In this document: positions 33,567 through 45,600 of the stretch, piece after piece
How positions within the stretch are numbered: position 1 is the stretch's first letter
Layout: each line of letters opens with the position of its first letter
Assembly: GCA_965603825.1 (NCBI GenBank)
Contig: CBFDEM010000005.1
Span: 186,001-250,000, forward strand
Length of the DNA stretch: 64,000 nucleotides
Direction of reading: 5' to 3'
Origin: Blepharisma stoltei ATCC 30299
Taxonomy: Eukaryota > Protista > Ciliophora
Program-made: the position numbers and the translations under genes
Notes under the pieces: model-generated
What the model saw: the letters and a program-made list of their open reading frames with translations, nothing else
What the model was told of the DNA's origin: nothing
Database searches by the model: none

Positions 33567-36338
33567 ATGAGACGCTCTACTAGACCCAGAATTTCGATAA
33601 AAGAAAGAGAAGAAACAAGCAAAAATATAAAAGTGATTGCAAGATTTAGACCTTTAATTGATATAGAATTACAGCTTCCAGAAACAAAGCTTGATCAATA
33701 TGCCTTTCCAACGGATACAAGTGTATCAATTAAACAAGGTGTCGAGTCAGAATTGCTTATATATGACAGGATTTTCCCACCAGACGCTACACAAGCACAA
33801 ATTTTTGAATTTATTGGAAAGCCTATTATAGAAGACGTCCTTACTGGATACAATGGCACAGTTTTCGCATATGGCCAAACAGGCTCAGGTAAGTCATTTA
33901 CTATGATGGGGCTTGATATCTATGACAAAGATTCTCAGGGTATCATCCCAAGAGCTAGCAAACTCGTTTTTGAGTCTTTATCAAATATCAAAAATGAGGC
34001 AGAAATTACATTAAAATGCTCCATGCTTGAAATATATAAGGAAAAATTAAAAGACTTATTGGGAAATAATAGTGCAAATTTAAAGATTAAAGAAGATGTA
34101 AGAAAAGGAATTTATGTGCATGGGCTGACTGAAATGTATGTGGTTTGTGAAGAAGAAATCATGGAAGTTTTGTCTTTAGGTGAAAGCAATAGAACTGTAG
34201 CATCCACGAAAATGAATAATGTCAGCTCGAGAAGTCATCAGTTATTTATGCTCGAAATTAATCAGAAACTCGCTAATGATTCTGAAAAACGAGGAATTTT
34301 GAATTTGGTGGATTTGGCTGGTAGTGAAAAAGTGAACCAAACTGGAGTGACAGGAAATAAGCTTGAAGAAGCCAAAAAAATAAATTTATCACTAAGCGCT
34401 CTTGGAAATGTGATTCATGCGCTAACTAATGGTTCTGAGCATATCCCATATAGAGATTCAAAGCTGACAAGGCTCTTGCAAGAATCACTAGGTGGAAACT
34501 ATAAAACTACTTTAATAGTCTGCTGCTCTCCTCATCCCAGAAATCTTGATGATACACTTAATACTCTTAAATTCGGCCAAAGAGCCAAAACGATAAAAAA
34601 CCAATTCAAACTTAACATTAAGAGGTCTCCAGAAGAATACATTAGAATAATTAATCAGCTCAAGCAGCAATTAGCTGAGGCAAAAGATGAAATATGTAGA
34701 ATGAGAGGATACTGCCCAGGAGAAATGACATCCCCTGTAAGTGGTGTAAGAAGTTTAACTAACATATCTACAACCATCACAGAGGATATTTTATCTCCTC
34801 TCACCCCTATGTCTGGGGAAGATCTAGGAATTTCTTTTGGCCAGGTTAGGGTTAAAAGTTTTCTTGATGATTTTGGACCAATTGACCAAATTGTTGAAGA
34901 AATAACAAATTTAAAGCAAGAAAAAGAATCCTCAAATGAAAGAATTGCAGAGCTAGAAAAAGAATTGAATCATGAAATGATTAAAAGGCTGAAAGCTGAA
35001 ACATCTGCAATGGAGTATTTTCAAATGTATAAAAAATTGTCTATTCTCAATTCAAATGATGAAGATTCAATAAGAATGATAAAGGGCGAAAATGAAGTGC
35101 TAAAGCGGCAAGTTGGGATTTTGCAGCACCATTTGTATCAAATAAGTGAAAGATTTAATATTATGCTGGGGAAATTAAAAGCTGGGGAAAATGTGGCTGA
35201 GTGAGAATTTGTTGATCCAAAAATAGACCAATTATTAGCTGCTGAGTTAAATGTAAAAACTGAAGAGTCATTTTTGAAAACATATAAGCAGTCTGAAGTT
35301 GGAATTGATATCCCAATAGATACTGAGTATATACAATCCCAAGATGAATACGCACAAGAAATCAGTTTAGCTTTAGAAACTGACGCCAAGCTGAGCAGTG
35401 ATGTAATTATTTTCCAGTTGAAAAAACAAATAATACAATCTGGGCTTGCGAATAGTGAATTACTTAGGTGTTATTATGATATTCAGTGGAAATATAATCT
35501 CCTTAAAGAAAAATTTAATTTGAAGCTTTTATTTGGGAGAAATCAAGAAAAGAAAATTGCAGGCTATGAAGAAATGGTAAATCATCTTCACGAATCTTAT
35601 AATAAACTCATCAGTATTATTGAAAAGCTAGAAACAGAGCACTGAAATAAAGAGCATATATTAGAGATGGGCACATTAAAAGGGAAGATTATAAGGCCTA
35701 TAAATATAATCCCTCGCAACAAATCAGAATCTCCGAGAAGAGAAGGAAAGCTAAGAACTTCTGTTTCTCTTAAGCATCACCGTATTAAAGATTCTCCACA
35801 GCCAAAATCATTTGTAGAGCACGAAGAAGGCTATAAGCTTAGAAGCTTAGAAACTAACTTAAAAGTGCAAACAATGTTCAGCCAGAATCTACGTAACAGT
35901 TATGAATCAGTAAAAAATGAATGCAGCATCTTTAAATCACTTCTTGAAGCCTACCAAAAACAAAATTTAGACAATTACATGAAAGAAAAATTAAGGTGGA
36001 AAAAATATCTTGAGCAGTTGAAGAAAACTTGTGATAAGGAATTATTGAGAAAACAATTAGAAATCAATAAACTGCACGAAGTTCTTGGAGATTGAATTAA
36101 AAAATATATGGAACTTCAAGAAATTGTGGCAATCCCACAAATGAAGACAAAAGATTTTGAGGCCACTAAAAGTTTTATAAATAAGTTTGATATGCTTCTA
36201 AAGGAAACAGACTTGGCTATTAAACCATCACAATTAAGTTTGGTAAATTCGCCTTTGCATAGCCAATTTAAAAAGCCAAACTTCTTGTCTATAAACTGCC
36301 AAAGTGGAGATATATCACCCCCACCCTTAGACGACTAA
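33567..36338 (+). CDS. Kinesin (kinesin-1-like N-terminal motor plus coiled-coil stalk), 923 aa
   Basis: GYNGTVFAYGQTGSGKS, SSRSH, LVDLAGSE and HIPYRDSKLTRLLQESLGGN. Four track ORFs fuse through TGA at 35202, 35643 and 36093; TAA 36336. Confidence 0.93.
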
Positions 36339-36399
36339 TTAAATTTATTTTTGACTAATTATCAAAATTTTAAAAAAAAGTTGTCAAATAAGCATAATC

Positions 36400-37257
36400 T
36401 TATATTGATTGACCAGGAATCGCATTTTTAAAGACACCTCCAGAAAACGTAGCATTATAATACTTCGTGATATCTGTTGCTTTTCTATTAAAATGCTGCT
36501 GCTTATCAGAGTTTTTTGTTTTAACTTGATCATAAAGTTTCGCAGGATCACTATTAGAAGATGCTAAAATATTTCTTGCAATTTTTTTATACCCACTGTT
36601 TTTGCTGAGAAGTGGGTTTTGTTTAGGCTCCAGAAATTTTGATGCTGAGTTTGGCTTAGCCTCAATAATTTTGGTTTCCATACTTTTGTCAGCTGGGTTT
36701 TGTTTTGTATCTGGCCTCTTTGGTGTTGCTGGCTTACTATGTGCTCTTGAAGCTGGTTTCTTTTCTTCTTCAATGGTAACTTCTGCATTTGCTTGTATTT
36801 TAGGTGCAGAAGGAGCCCTAACTTTGCTTCTTTTTGACACAATGCTAAATATATTTTACTCTGCATAACAATTCAGACAAATCAGGGTAATTTCATCAAA
36901 ATTAATTTCTTCTATTTTACACATTGGATTCCCATCTGCATCCATTGGAATACACAAAGCAATGACTTCTTCAAAAGAAAGCCTTGATTGACAAGTCCTG
37001 CACAGTTTGTCAGTGAATCCATATTCGTCTATTACGAGTAGATTCTCTAGAACTTCACTTAAATGGGAGCTGAGTTTAGATGCATGAGATGATTTCAATG
37101 AAGATAATGCTGAGGCCTGTGAACGAGTCAGAGAAGCATATGAGGATTTGGAAAGGTGGGATACTGATGTCACTGCAGATGCTTGTGATTTTCCTGCATG
37201 AAGCTGGGCTCGGGCACTGTTAAGTCTTGAAGTCCTAACTGAACTTAACTCACTCAT
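36400..37257 (-). CDS. Hypothetical protein with a CxxC...CxxC zinc-ribbon-like segment, 280 aa; exons 37257-36860 and 36844-36400
   Basis: Two track ORFs are joined by a 15-nt intron to give ...LICLNCYADIVSKRSK...; the downstream ORF lacks its own ATG. Cys pairs CRTC and CLNC. Confidence 0.75.
36845..36859 (-). other. 15-nt spliceosomal intron
   Basis: GTAAAATATATTTAG on the minus strand; contains the in-frame TAA; A at -6. Confidence 0.82.
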
Positions 37258-37379
37258 TTTTTACATGAAAAGTTAAATAAAAGTTGTGAAAGAAATGCTG
37301 GTGGGCTAATGAGATTTGGGAATGAAGGGAAATAATTGGGAAAATAGAAACTTTAATTATGTGATATAGAGGTAAATAC

Positions 37380-37386
37380 AAAAAAA
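37380..37386 (-). terminator. RNA polymerase III terminator (T7)
   Basis: Run of 7 T on the minus strand immediately 3' of the tRNA. Confidence 0.85.
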
Positions 37387-37459
37387 CTCCGAGACCGGGA
37401 ATTGAACCCGGGTCCCCTGCGTGACAGGCAGGGATACTTGACCACTATACTATCTCGGA
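37387..37459 (-). tRNA. tRNA-Asp (GTC)
   Basis: TCCGAGA acceptor stem pairing with TCTCGGA plus discriminator G; D loop TAGTGGTCAAG; anticodon arm CCTGC-CTGTCAC-GCAGG; T arm CCGGG-TTCAATT-CCCGG. Confidence 0.96.
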
Positions 37460-37734
37460 TTGAAAATCTGCCATTTATTAACTTTAAATATCAAATCTCA
37501 AGCAATTATGAGATTTTGATATGAAAGAACCTCAGTCAAAATCATTTTTTTATAATGATTTTTCTAAAATTAAAAGTAGTTTTAATATTATCCTAAGATA
37601 TGAATTTTAGTCTCACAATTTTGATAAGATTGATTTAATTTTGGACGCATTTTGAGGTTTGCTAGCATAAAACCCTCATTATTAAGATTTTAAATTAAAA
37701 AGTGTGAAAATTTAAATAAAAGCAATATAGCTAT

Positions 37735-39039
37735 TTATATCTTGAACTTTTTTTGTGGCTTACTTTTTGATATTTTTTCCCTTTTTACAGGTCCAAGGCT
37801 AAGAAGCATTTTTGCAGTTTCTTCTAAGTCATCATCTTCCTTTATTTCATTTTGTTCACTCCTTCTAGATGGATTGCGATTTTGTACTTTTGAAGAACAA
37901 AATCTTCAAAGCTCTATAAATGCTGCTGCTTGAACCATAGCAGGATTATTCGCTTGTAAACCAATTTGTGGAATTGGAATAGGCATCGGCACTTGGCTTT
38001 TATTTTGAATTCTATTTTCATTCAAGCTCTTAGGATTCACAGCTTGTGGTCTTACTAAGCTTTCAGACTCTTGAATAGGGTTTTTGAGAATATCTGTGCT
38101 GGGATTTATGGAATTTGTGGGTTTGGCAGCCACTGCTTTAGGTCGCTTCTTTACAAAAGGTTTCTTTGATTCAGATTCTTTTGAAATTTCTTTAGCAGAA
38201 TCATCATTATAGCTATTTCTAAATGGAAGCTTTTCAGGATCAATTTCAGGCTGCACAAACTCCGCTATGCCAGAATTTCGGTTTTTAAAGACCTTTTCAA
38301 TGCTTTTATTACTTATTTTTTCACTTGTATGAATTTTGTGAGCCATCTCAAATGCAGAATTTGCTTCTGCTGTTTGCCCACATATTTCATACACCGTTCC
38401 AATATTAATCCATGCTTCAATTGATCTCCTCCACAGGACAGTTGCCTTCAGAAAACATTGGAAAGCTTCATAATTTTTTTTTCACTGCCCAAAGACCGCA
38501 CCTAGGCCGATTCAGTAAAAAATCTCATTTGGATTGTACTCAATAAGCTGTTGAAATACACTGAACGCAGAATCCAAGTTGTAGTGCAAATAGCATCGAC
38601 CTATCAAGTATGAAATATTAAAACATACCAAGCTCCCAGGCTCAGATCTTTGTAAAGCATCGTTCAAAATTTCGACAGCCTCAGAAAATCTTAATTCATG
38701 GTATTTTTCTCAACCAGAGCAGATGCGGGATAAGATTAAGGGCGGGATTTCTTCTTTTTCCTGCCTACTAGCTAATAAGGACCTTATTTTTTCTTTATCG
38801 GCATGAGGAATGAGTTGAAAGTCACTGGTTTCTATATTATTTTTAAACTGATCTAGCACAAAGTTTTCTTCAAATTGGCCAGTTGAAGGTGTTTCAGGGT
38901 TGTCAAATGTTAATTCTTTTTCATTTGTTTTTATTTTTGGTGAGAAAGATTCATCTGTGTGATTGATGAATTTCTCTGATTCTGAAAATTTCCTAGTTTC
39001 CAGTTTATTCTTTATGGTTCCAAGATCAAATGCTGACAT
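37735..39039 (-). CDS. TPR protein (Cyc8/Ssn6-like repeats), 434 aa
   Basis: One frame with TGA=Trp: YLIGRCYL, YWIGLGAVFGQWKKNYEAFQCFLKA, EAWINIGTVYEICGQTAEANSAFEMA; basic C-terminus; TAA at 37735-37737. Confidence 0.8.
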
Positions 39040-39692
39040 ATTATGGTAAATTTAATAAAATTTGCTTAAAGGAGGACATTAAACCTTTTTTTTTATAGGA
39101 ATAGAAATTTATGAAATTATTGATAAATTGTAAGAGCGAAGCAATTATAGCCACGGCCATCTTTTCTTCAAATTATTCAAAATGTATTTCAAAGTTTCAG
39201 CAATATCAAATAAGTTGAAGAACGATTTAAATATAAAAGCTCAATAAATTAAAGTATTTGCAACTAATCTTCTTTATTTTAAATTAATTTTCTGTAATTA
39301 TGAATATTTATTTTTTGCTCAGAATTTCAACTTTTGAGTGAAATTTTAAGGCGGAATTACAAAAAATTAAATGAATAAGTTTATTTATTTCTATACGCAA
39401 TTTTCTGCTAATGATAACTAATATCTAAAGAAGCAAATAAAAATGCATTAAAAAGAATAGCGTAGTACAGATATTTAGAGCTTATATTTTTCTAGTCATC
39501 TATCAGATACATCACAAAGCATTAAGATTTGCAATAATTGATGTTTTTATGCTTAAAAATTGATTTTGAAAAAAATATTTGAAATTATAAGTAGAATTAT
39601 TAGTTAAATTAATGACATATTTTTCACTTTATAAGTCAAATATAGCCATCTTATTTCATCCAAACATATCACTATATATCAAATCATAATAA

Positions 39693-42600
39693 ATGAAATT
39701 TATTGTTCTAGCGCTCATACCGCTCTGCGTTGTGAGTGATTTGGTTGCTGATTTCATTCTGTCATCTTCAAATCTCAAAAACGGAAATCTTTTCATCAGC
39801 ACAGATGGGAATTTTTCAATTTACTCGCCACAAAGTATCTACAGCGATGATGCTTACGTTCCAAAACCTACTGCAATTGGTACATACTTTCATGGCTCAA
39901 CATATTTGTATAGAGAAAATTTCCCATCAGCTTTTAAGGTGACTCATAACTTCTCAATCAAACTTTGGGTTTATTTTATTAACAATTTAGAATCCTCTGG
40001 AACTGTTTTTGCTTTGAGTTCACCAACAAATACAGAAACTCCTTATCCACTTTCTATATATCAGCAGCAGGGAAGCCTCTATCTTTCAACTACTTTAATT
40101 GAAACTTCTTCATTTCCTGTAGATTTAGGTATTTTTTATATAGGCATATGGAAACTAATAATCCTTACTTCAAGTGAAGGCACAGATAACAGTGGAGAAG
40201 TTAATATTTATGCTCCTGACGGAACTGAAAACTATCCTAGCCTTCATGCTACTGCTCCATACCAATTCCCTCTTAACGCTACTCAATTGAACTTTGGATT
40301 CAGAAAATCATCATTTATAGGGTTTCTATTTGAGGCTGCAATTTATAACTCAGAGCTTCTGTCTGCAGATTTCTCACAGTTTTATACAAGCAGCTGTGAA
40401 GGCTGTTCATTTTGTGATCCTTCTTATAACTGTCTAGATACCAGCAAGCTATATCCAGCTGAGAAAGGAGAATACCCAGGGTTTGAGCTTTGTGACAAGT
40501 CTTGCAACTATTATTGTGAAAACAGCAAGGCAGAGGATTGCTTTTGTGATAATGAACTGATAAATATAAAAAACTCAATCAATTATGATGAAGAAGAAAA
40601 TAAATGCTGCAGCAATCAGCTGTCTTTGAGCCAAAAAATTAACAAAGAAGAAACTATCGAATGCTGTGGAGAATTGCTTGAAATAATAGGATCTTTTGAT
40701 TCTGAAAACAATTTAAGTGAATCTGGCCTTATTATAGTAAATCAAGTAATAAATACTGATGATGAAGACTGTGGAGATATAAATGAACTTATTACAATCA
40801 GACATGTAATTTCTGAAGACTATGAAGAAGAATGCGAAGGATGCTTGAAATTGATAACTATCACTCATACCATCAATCAAGATAAAGAAGATGAGGATTG
40901 CTTAAATTGTGGAGATACCATCTCAGTTAATGCAATTATTTCTGAGTCTGAAGAAGATTGCCAAACCTGCGACTCTTTGTTTACCCTTACAAATTCTATT
41001 ATTGATGACTTTTCAGATTGCCTATGCGAAGATTTCATAACTTTATCCCAAGTTATCAGAGAAGAAAGTGACTGTGAATTTTGTGATTTTTTAACGTTTT
41101 CAGGAGAATTATTTGAAGAAGACTGTGAATTTTGTTCAAGCTTATTTACGATTTCTCAGGTTATTTCAGAAGAAATAGAAGAAAACTGCTCGTGTAATGA
41201 TTGAGTAACCACAAGATGAATACTTTTAGAAGAGAGTGACTGTGATTATTGCTCTAATCATATAGCATTATTTGGATGATTGGATAATGAAGATAATACA
41301 AATTGCTCTTGTGATAATAACTTTATATCAATTAATGGGACCTTTGACTACTCTGAATTATGCTGCGATTCCCAAAAATTTGAGATAGAGGGCATTATCT
41401 TTGATGATAGTGAAGAGGGATGCTGCTCCAATGAGCTTGTAGAAATCCGAGGAATTTTAGAGACAGAAGAAAAATGCTGTAAAAATGATTTAATCGAAAT
41501 TCATGGGAGTCTTCTTGATGATGGGGAGTGCTGCAGCAGTAATTTATTTACAATTTCAGGAATTATACTTGAAGATGAAGAATGCTGCCTGAGTGATTTA
41601 ATAACAATAGGAGGGATGCTTATTGATGAAATAGAATGCTGCGATACTGGCTTCATCAATGTAAAAGCTATGATTTTTGATGAAAGTGACTGCTGCACTA
41701 CTGACCTGCTTGCAATCGAAGTGACGATATTTGATGAAGAGGATGATCAAAATTATTGCTGCTCTGATAATTTGATGCTAATAAATGGATACATCTATGA
41801 AGAAGACTGCTGCACTCAAGATATGATATCTTTGACAGGAACTATATATGATGAATGTTGCAGCAGCGATTTAATAACTATTAGCAGCATAGTTTATGAT
41901 GAAGATGATGATAACAATTGCTGCATTAGTGATTTCATTAAATTAAACGGTTTTATGATAGATTATGGCTGCTGTGATGGTGATTTGATTGCTCTCAGCG
42001 CAATAATTTCAGAAGAGGAGTTTTGCTGTGAAAGTGATTTAATAAAAATAAGTAGCGCTATTTTTGATGAAGAATCATGCTGTGAAGATAATTTGGTAAC
42101 ACTTCAAGGCGAGCTTTATGATTCTGAAGACTGCTGCTCTGACTCTTATATATCTCTTCATGGAGCCATTTGGAATAATGAAGAAACATGCTGTGATGGC
42201 CAAAATTTTATAGCTTTAAACGCAACAATCTATGATGAAGAAGAGTGCTCAGACTGCAGTTCCTATATCAAAATAAACTCTAATATCTATGACGTCGAAG
42301 ACTGTGGCTCTTGTTCAGACCATATCACAATTAACTGGAAAATTGACAATGAGTGTCCATCATGCTCTGAAAGTCAAACAATTACTCTTAAAGCTTTTCT
42401 ATATGATGAGGAAGATTGCAATAGCTGTTTGTCTTCTATAGCTTTAAATGCTACTATTGATTCTGAGTGCTCATCATGCTCAGACCTTATTAGTTTTAAG
42501 TTTATAATTTCATATGACGAAGATGACTGTATTCCTTCATGCAATTCTGGAGAATTTTATAATGGAACTCAATGTGAAGCCTGTGGAGAACTTTGTGCAA

Positions 42601-45600
42601 GCTGTATAAGCAAAGAAAACTGCACAGTTTGTGAAGATCCAATAAATATGAAAATTGATAGTGAAAATCCTGGTAATTGCTTTTGTAAAGATGGAACTTT
42701 TTATAATGGAGCAACTTGTGAATCATGTAAGCCTTTATGCGAAGTTTGTGCAGAGGATGGGAGTTGTTTGAAATGTAATGGGCTGCATTTGATTTTAAAA
42801 GATGGGATGTGCGAATGCGAGAGTGGATATTATTTGGCAAATGGAATATGCACTCAGTGTGGCCTTTTTTGTAAAGAATGCTCCAACAATGGCACTTGTA
42901 TAACTTGCAATGATAAAAATACCATGAAATTTAGTGTATTAAATCCAGAAGAGTGTGAATGCATATCTGGGACTTATAGTGATGGAGAAACATGCCATAG
43001 CTGCGGCTCATTTTGTGCTGAATGTACAGACAGCATCACTTGCCTTTCTTGCACAGTTCCATCAAAAATGAAAATCAGCACCTCAACCCCAGGAACCTGT
43101 GAATGCTCTTCAGGCTTCTTCAAGTCCTCTAATTCTTGTTCTGCCTGCACAAACTTGTGCTCAACTTGCAGCTCTGAAACTTCCTGCACAACCTGTGTTG
43201 CCAATACAAACCCAATTTCCAGCAATACTTGTACCTGCAAAGACGGCTACTTCAAGTCTTCTAATTCCTGTAAATCATGCCCTTCATTATGCACAACTTG
43301 CAGTAATAGCACTATTTGTTCTTCTTGTGTAGCCAATGCTGCTTTAAATGTAAACTCTATGTGTGCTTGTAGCTCAGACTTTTCAGTATCGGACGATTCC
43401 TTATCTTGCTTAGCCCAATGCAATTACCTCTGCACATCTTGTGATAAAAATGATGGGAAAAAATGCTCAGCTTGTGTCAGTAATGCTGAATTGTTAGGAA
43501 ATACTTGCTCTTGCACTGAAAACTCAGTTTATGATTCTGGGACGAAGTCTTGTGTTTGTAATAGTGGGTATACTCTTGTGAACAGTAAGTGCGTTACTTG
43601 TAAAAATTATTTTTCATCATCTGATGTGGTTTCGATTAGTTTTACATCGACATATACAGCTATTTTGATAGAATTTAAATATTATTTAGATACAAGTGTT
43701 GACTCTTCCTGCTCTAAAACTGTAGCTTCTACGAGCCTTGCAAAACTAGGCACCAATCCAAGCTGCTCTTGAACTGATAATAAATATTTGAAAATCACAT
43801 TGGGGACAGATTATTTAATTAGGAGTGAAATACTTTATTTGGATGGAACAAATATTCTTAGAAAATATGGGACATGCTCAGTGAATTATCAAGCACTGAG
43901 TGGAACTGTCCAACTGAGCACTACAGCTTCAATTTCTGCCGTTATTTCAGGGCAAACAAGTCTATCTCTTACATGTGGCAGTGATCCTTTAGTTTACTCA
44001 GGTGAAAAATCATACGGATCTGCAGGTCTTGGGCTAACTTATTCATGGAGCTCCACAATTTCTCCTCAGATCTCTACTCTTTCCACTTATATTTCTTCTC
44101 AATCTTCCTCAAAAATTAGTATTTCTAGAAGTTACTTCAGCACCTCAGTTACCACAACTTTAACTGTTTCACTCACAGTGACTAATAAATTTGGAAATAA
44201 AAGCACTTCTTCAATTACCACTATAATTGAGCCTTCTGAAGCACTCACAGTTGCTTTCGATCAAGGAAATTCTATATCTATTTTAGCTTCTGACAGCAAA
44301 ACAATTAAAGCTTCAGTAAAAACGCAATGTGGCTCTACTTCTGAGTCAATCAGCTGGGAATGGGACTCAATAGCTGTTGATGGGTCTCCTACATATGATT
44401 CTGCATCTATTTTGTCAAAATCTAAATCCCCCAATAAGCTTGAAATCGCCCCAAATTCTTTGCCAGCTGGAGGAACTTATAAATTCAGAGCTATTGCAAC
44501 ACAAACAGTTTCAGGGGTAACATATACAGGCAACTCAACTATAACGATAGCGACTAGTCATTCTCCTTTGGTTATTGCACTGTCAAGAAGCAGTGGCAGT
44601 ATTTCTCCAAGCCAAGATTTTGTAGTGAGCGGGGCTGGTTCTTATGATCCTGATGATGCTACTGGGTCACTTAATTATACATGAAGCTGCGTGACTACTG
44701 ATTCAGATTCCACGTGTGTTGGAGCTGATAATAGCGCTTTAGTTATTAATGAGATTGGGGCTAGCTTAACTATTCCATCAAGTAAGCTAGTAAAAGGAGC
44801 TAGTTATGATCTTACTCTTAAAATTAGCAAAGATACGAGATCTTCAAGTTCTGCTATTACGATTTCTGTACTCAATGCAAATACTGATGCATCAATATCT
44901 ATTGCACTCAGTTCTCAAAAGGTGAACCCTCAAGCTGTGGTAAGTCTAAAAGCTGCTGTTGAAGTATCTTCAGAAGTTTCTATCACATGGAGTGAAATTA
45001 GTGGCTCATCAATATCAATCTCTCCAAACAACCTTCCTACAGTTTCTTTCAAAGTTGGAACCTTATCTGAAGGATCATCTTATACATTTCAGCTATCTGT
45101 GTTCGACACCTCCATAAACTTATCCTTAACAATTGAGATGCCTGTAACAACAAATTCAGGAGGAAGCTGCACAGGCTCAGTATCAATTTCTCCAGACTCA
45201 GGTCAAGCATTAATTACCTCTTTTTCCATATCAATCAGCGGCTGTGTTGACAAAGACGAAGAAGACTACCCAATCCTTTATAAATACACTGATACATGAA
45301 ATTCAAAAACCTACAAGCTTTCATCAACTACAGAGTCAAATAGCGTGACTGCTAATATGTACCCAGGCGATAATACTGTTGTAGTCTATGTGTGTGACCA
45401 ATTAAATACTTGCTCTTCGTATTCTAAATCAATCACAGTAGAAAACTATTCTGCGAGATTTCTGCAGACTACCTCACTATTAAGCTTATATAAGCAAGCT
45501 ATAATTGACCCTGACCAAATTCCTTCAGCAATTACACTATTCTGCAGCTCTGCTACAATTGACTCAACTCTATTCAGTACAATGTGGTCTGACTTGCAGT

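Noticed and set aside
41200-41280. TGA as selenocysteine or Cys in the Cys-rich protein
   Set aside because: These TGAs fall at hydrophobic strand positions, not at Cys positions of the repeat, and elsewhere TGA aligns with TGG.
43110-43275. Near-direct DNA repeat GGCT(T/A)CTTCAAGTC(C/T)TCTAATTC
   Set aside because: Explained by duplication of adjacent furin-like protein repeats (G[FY]FKSSNSC).
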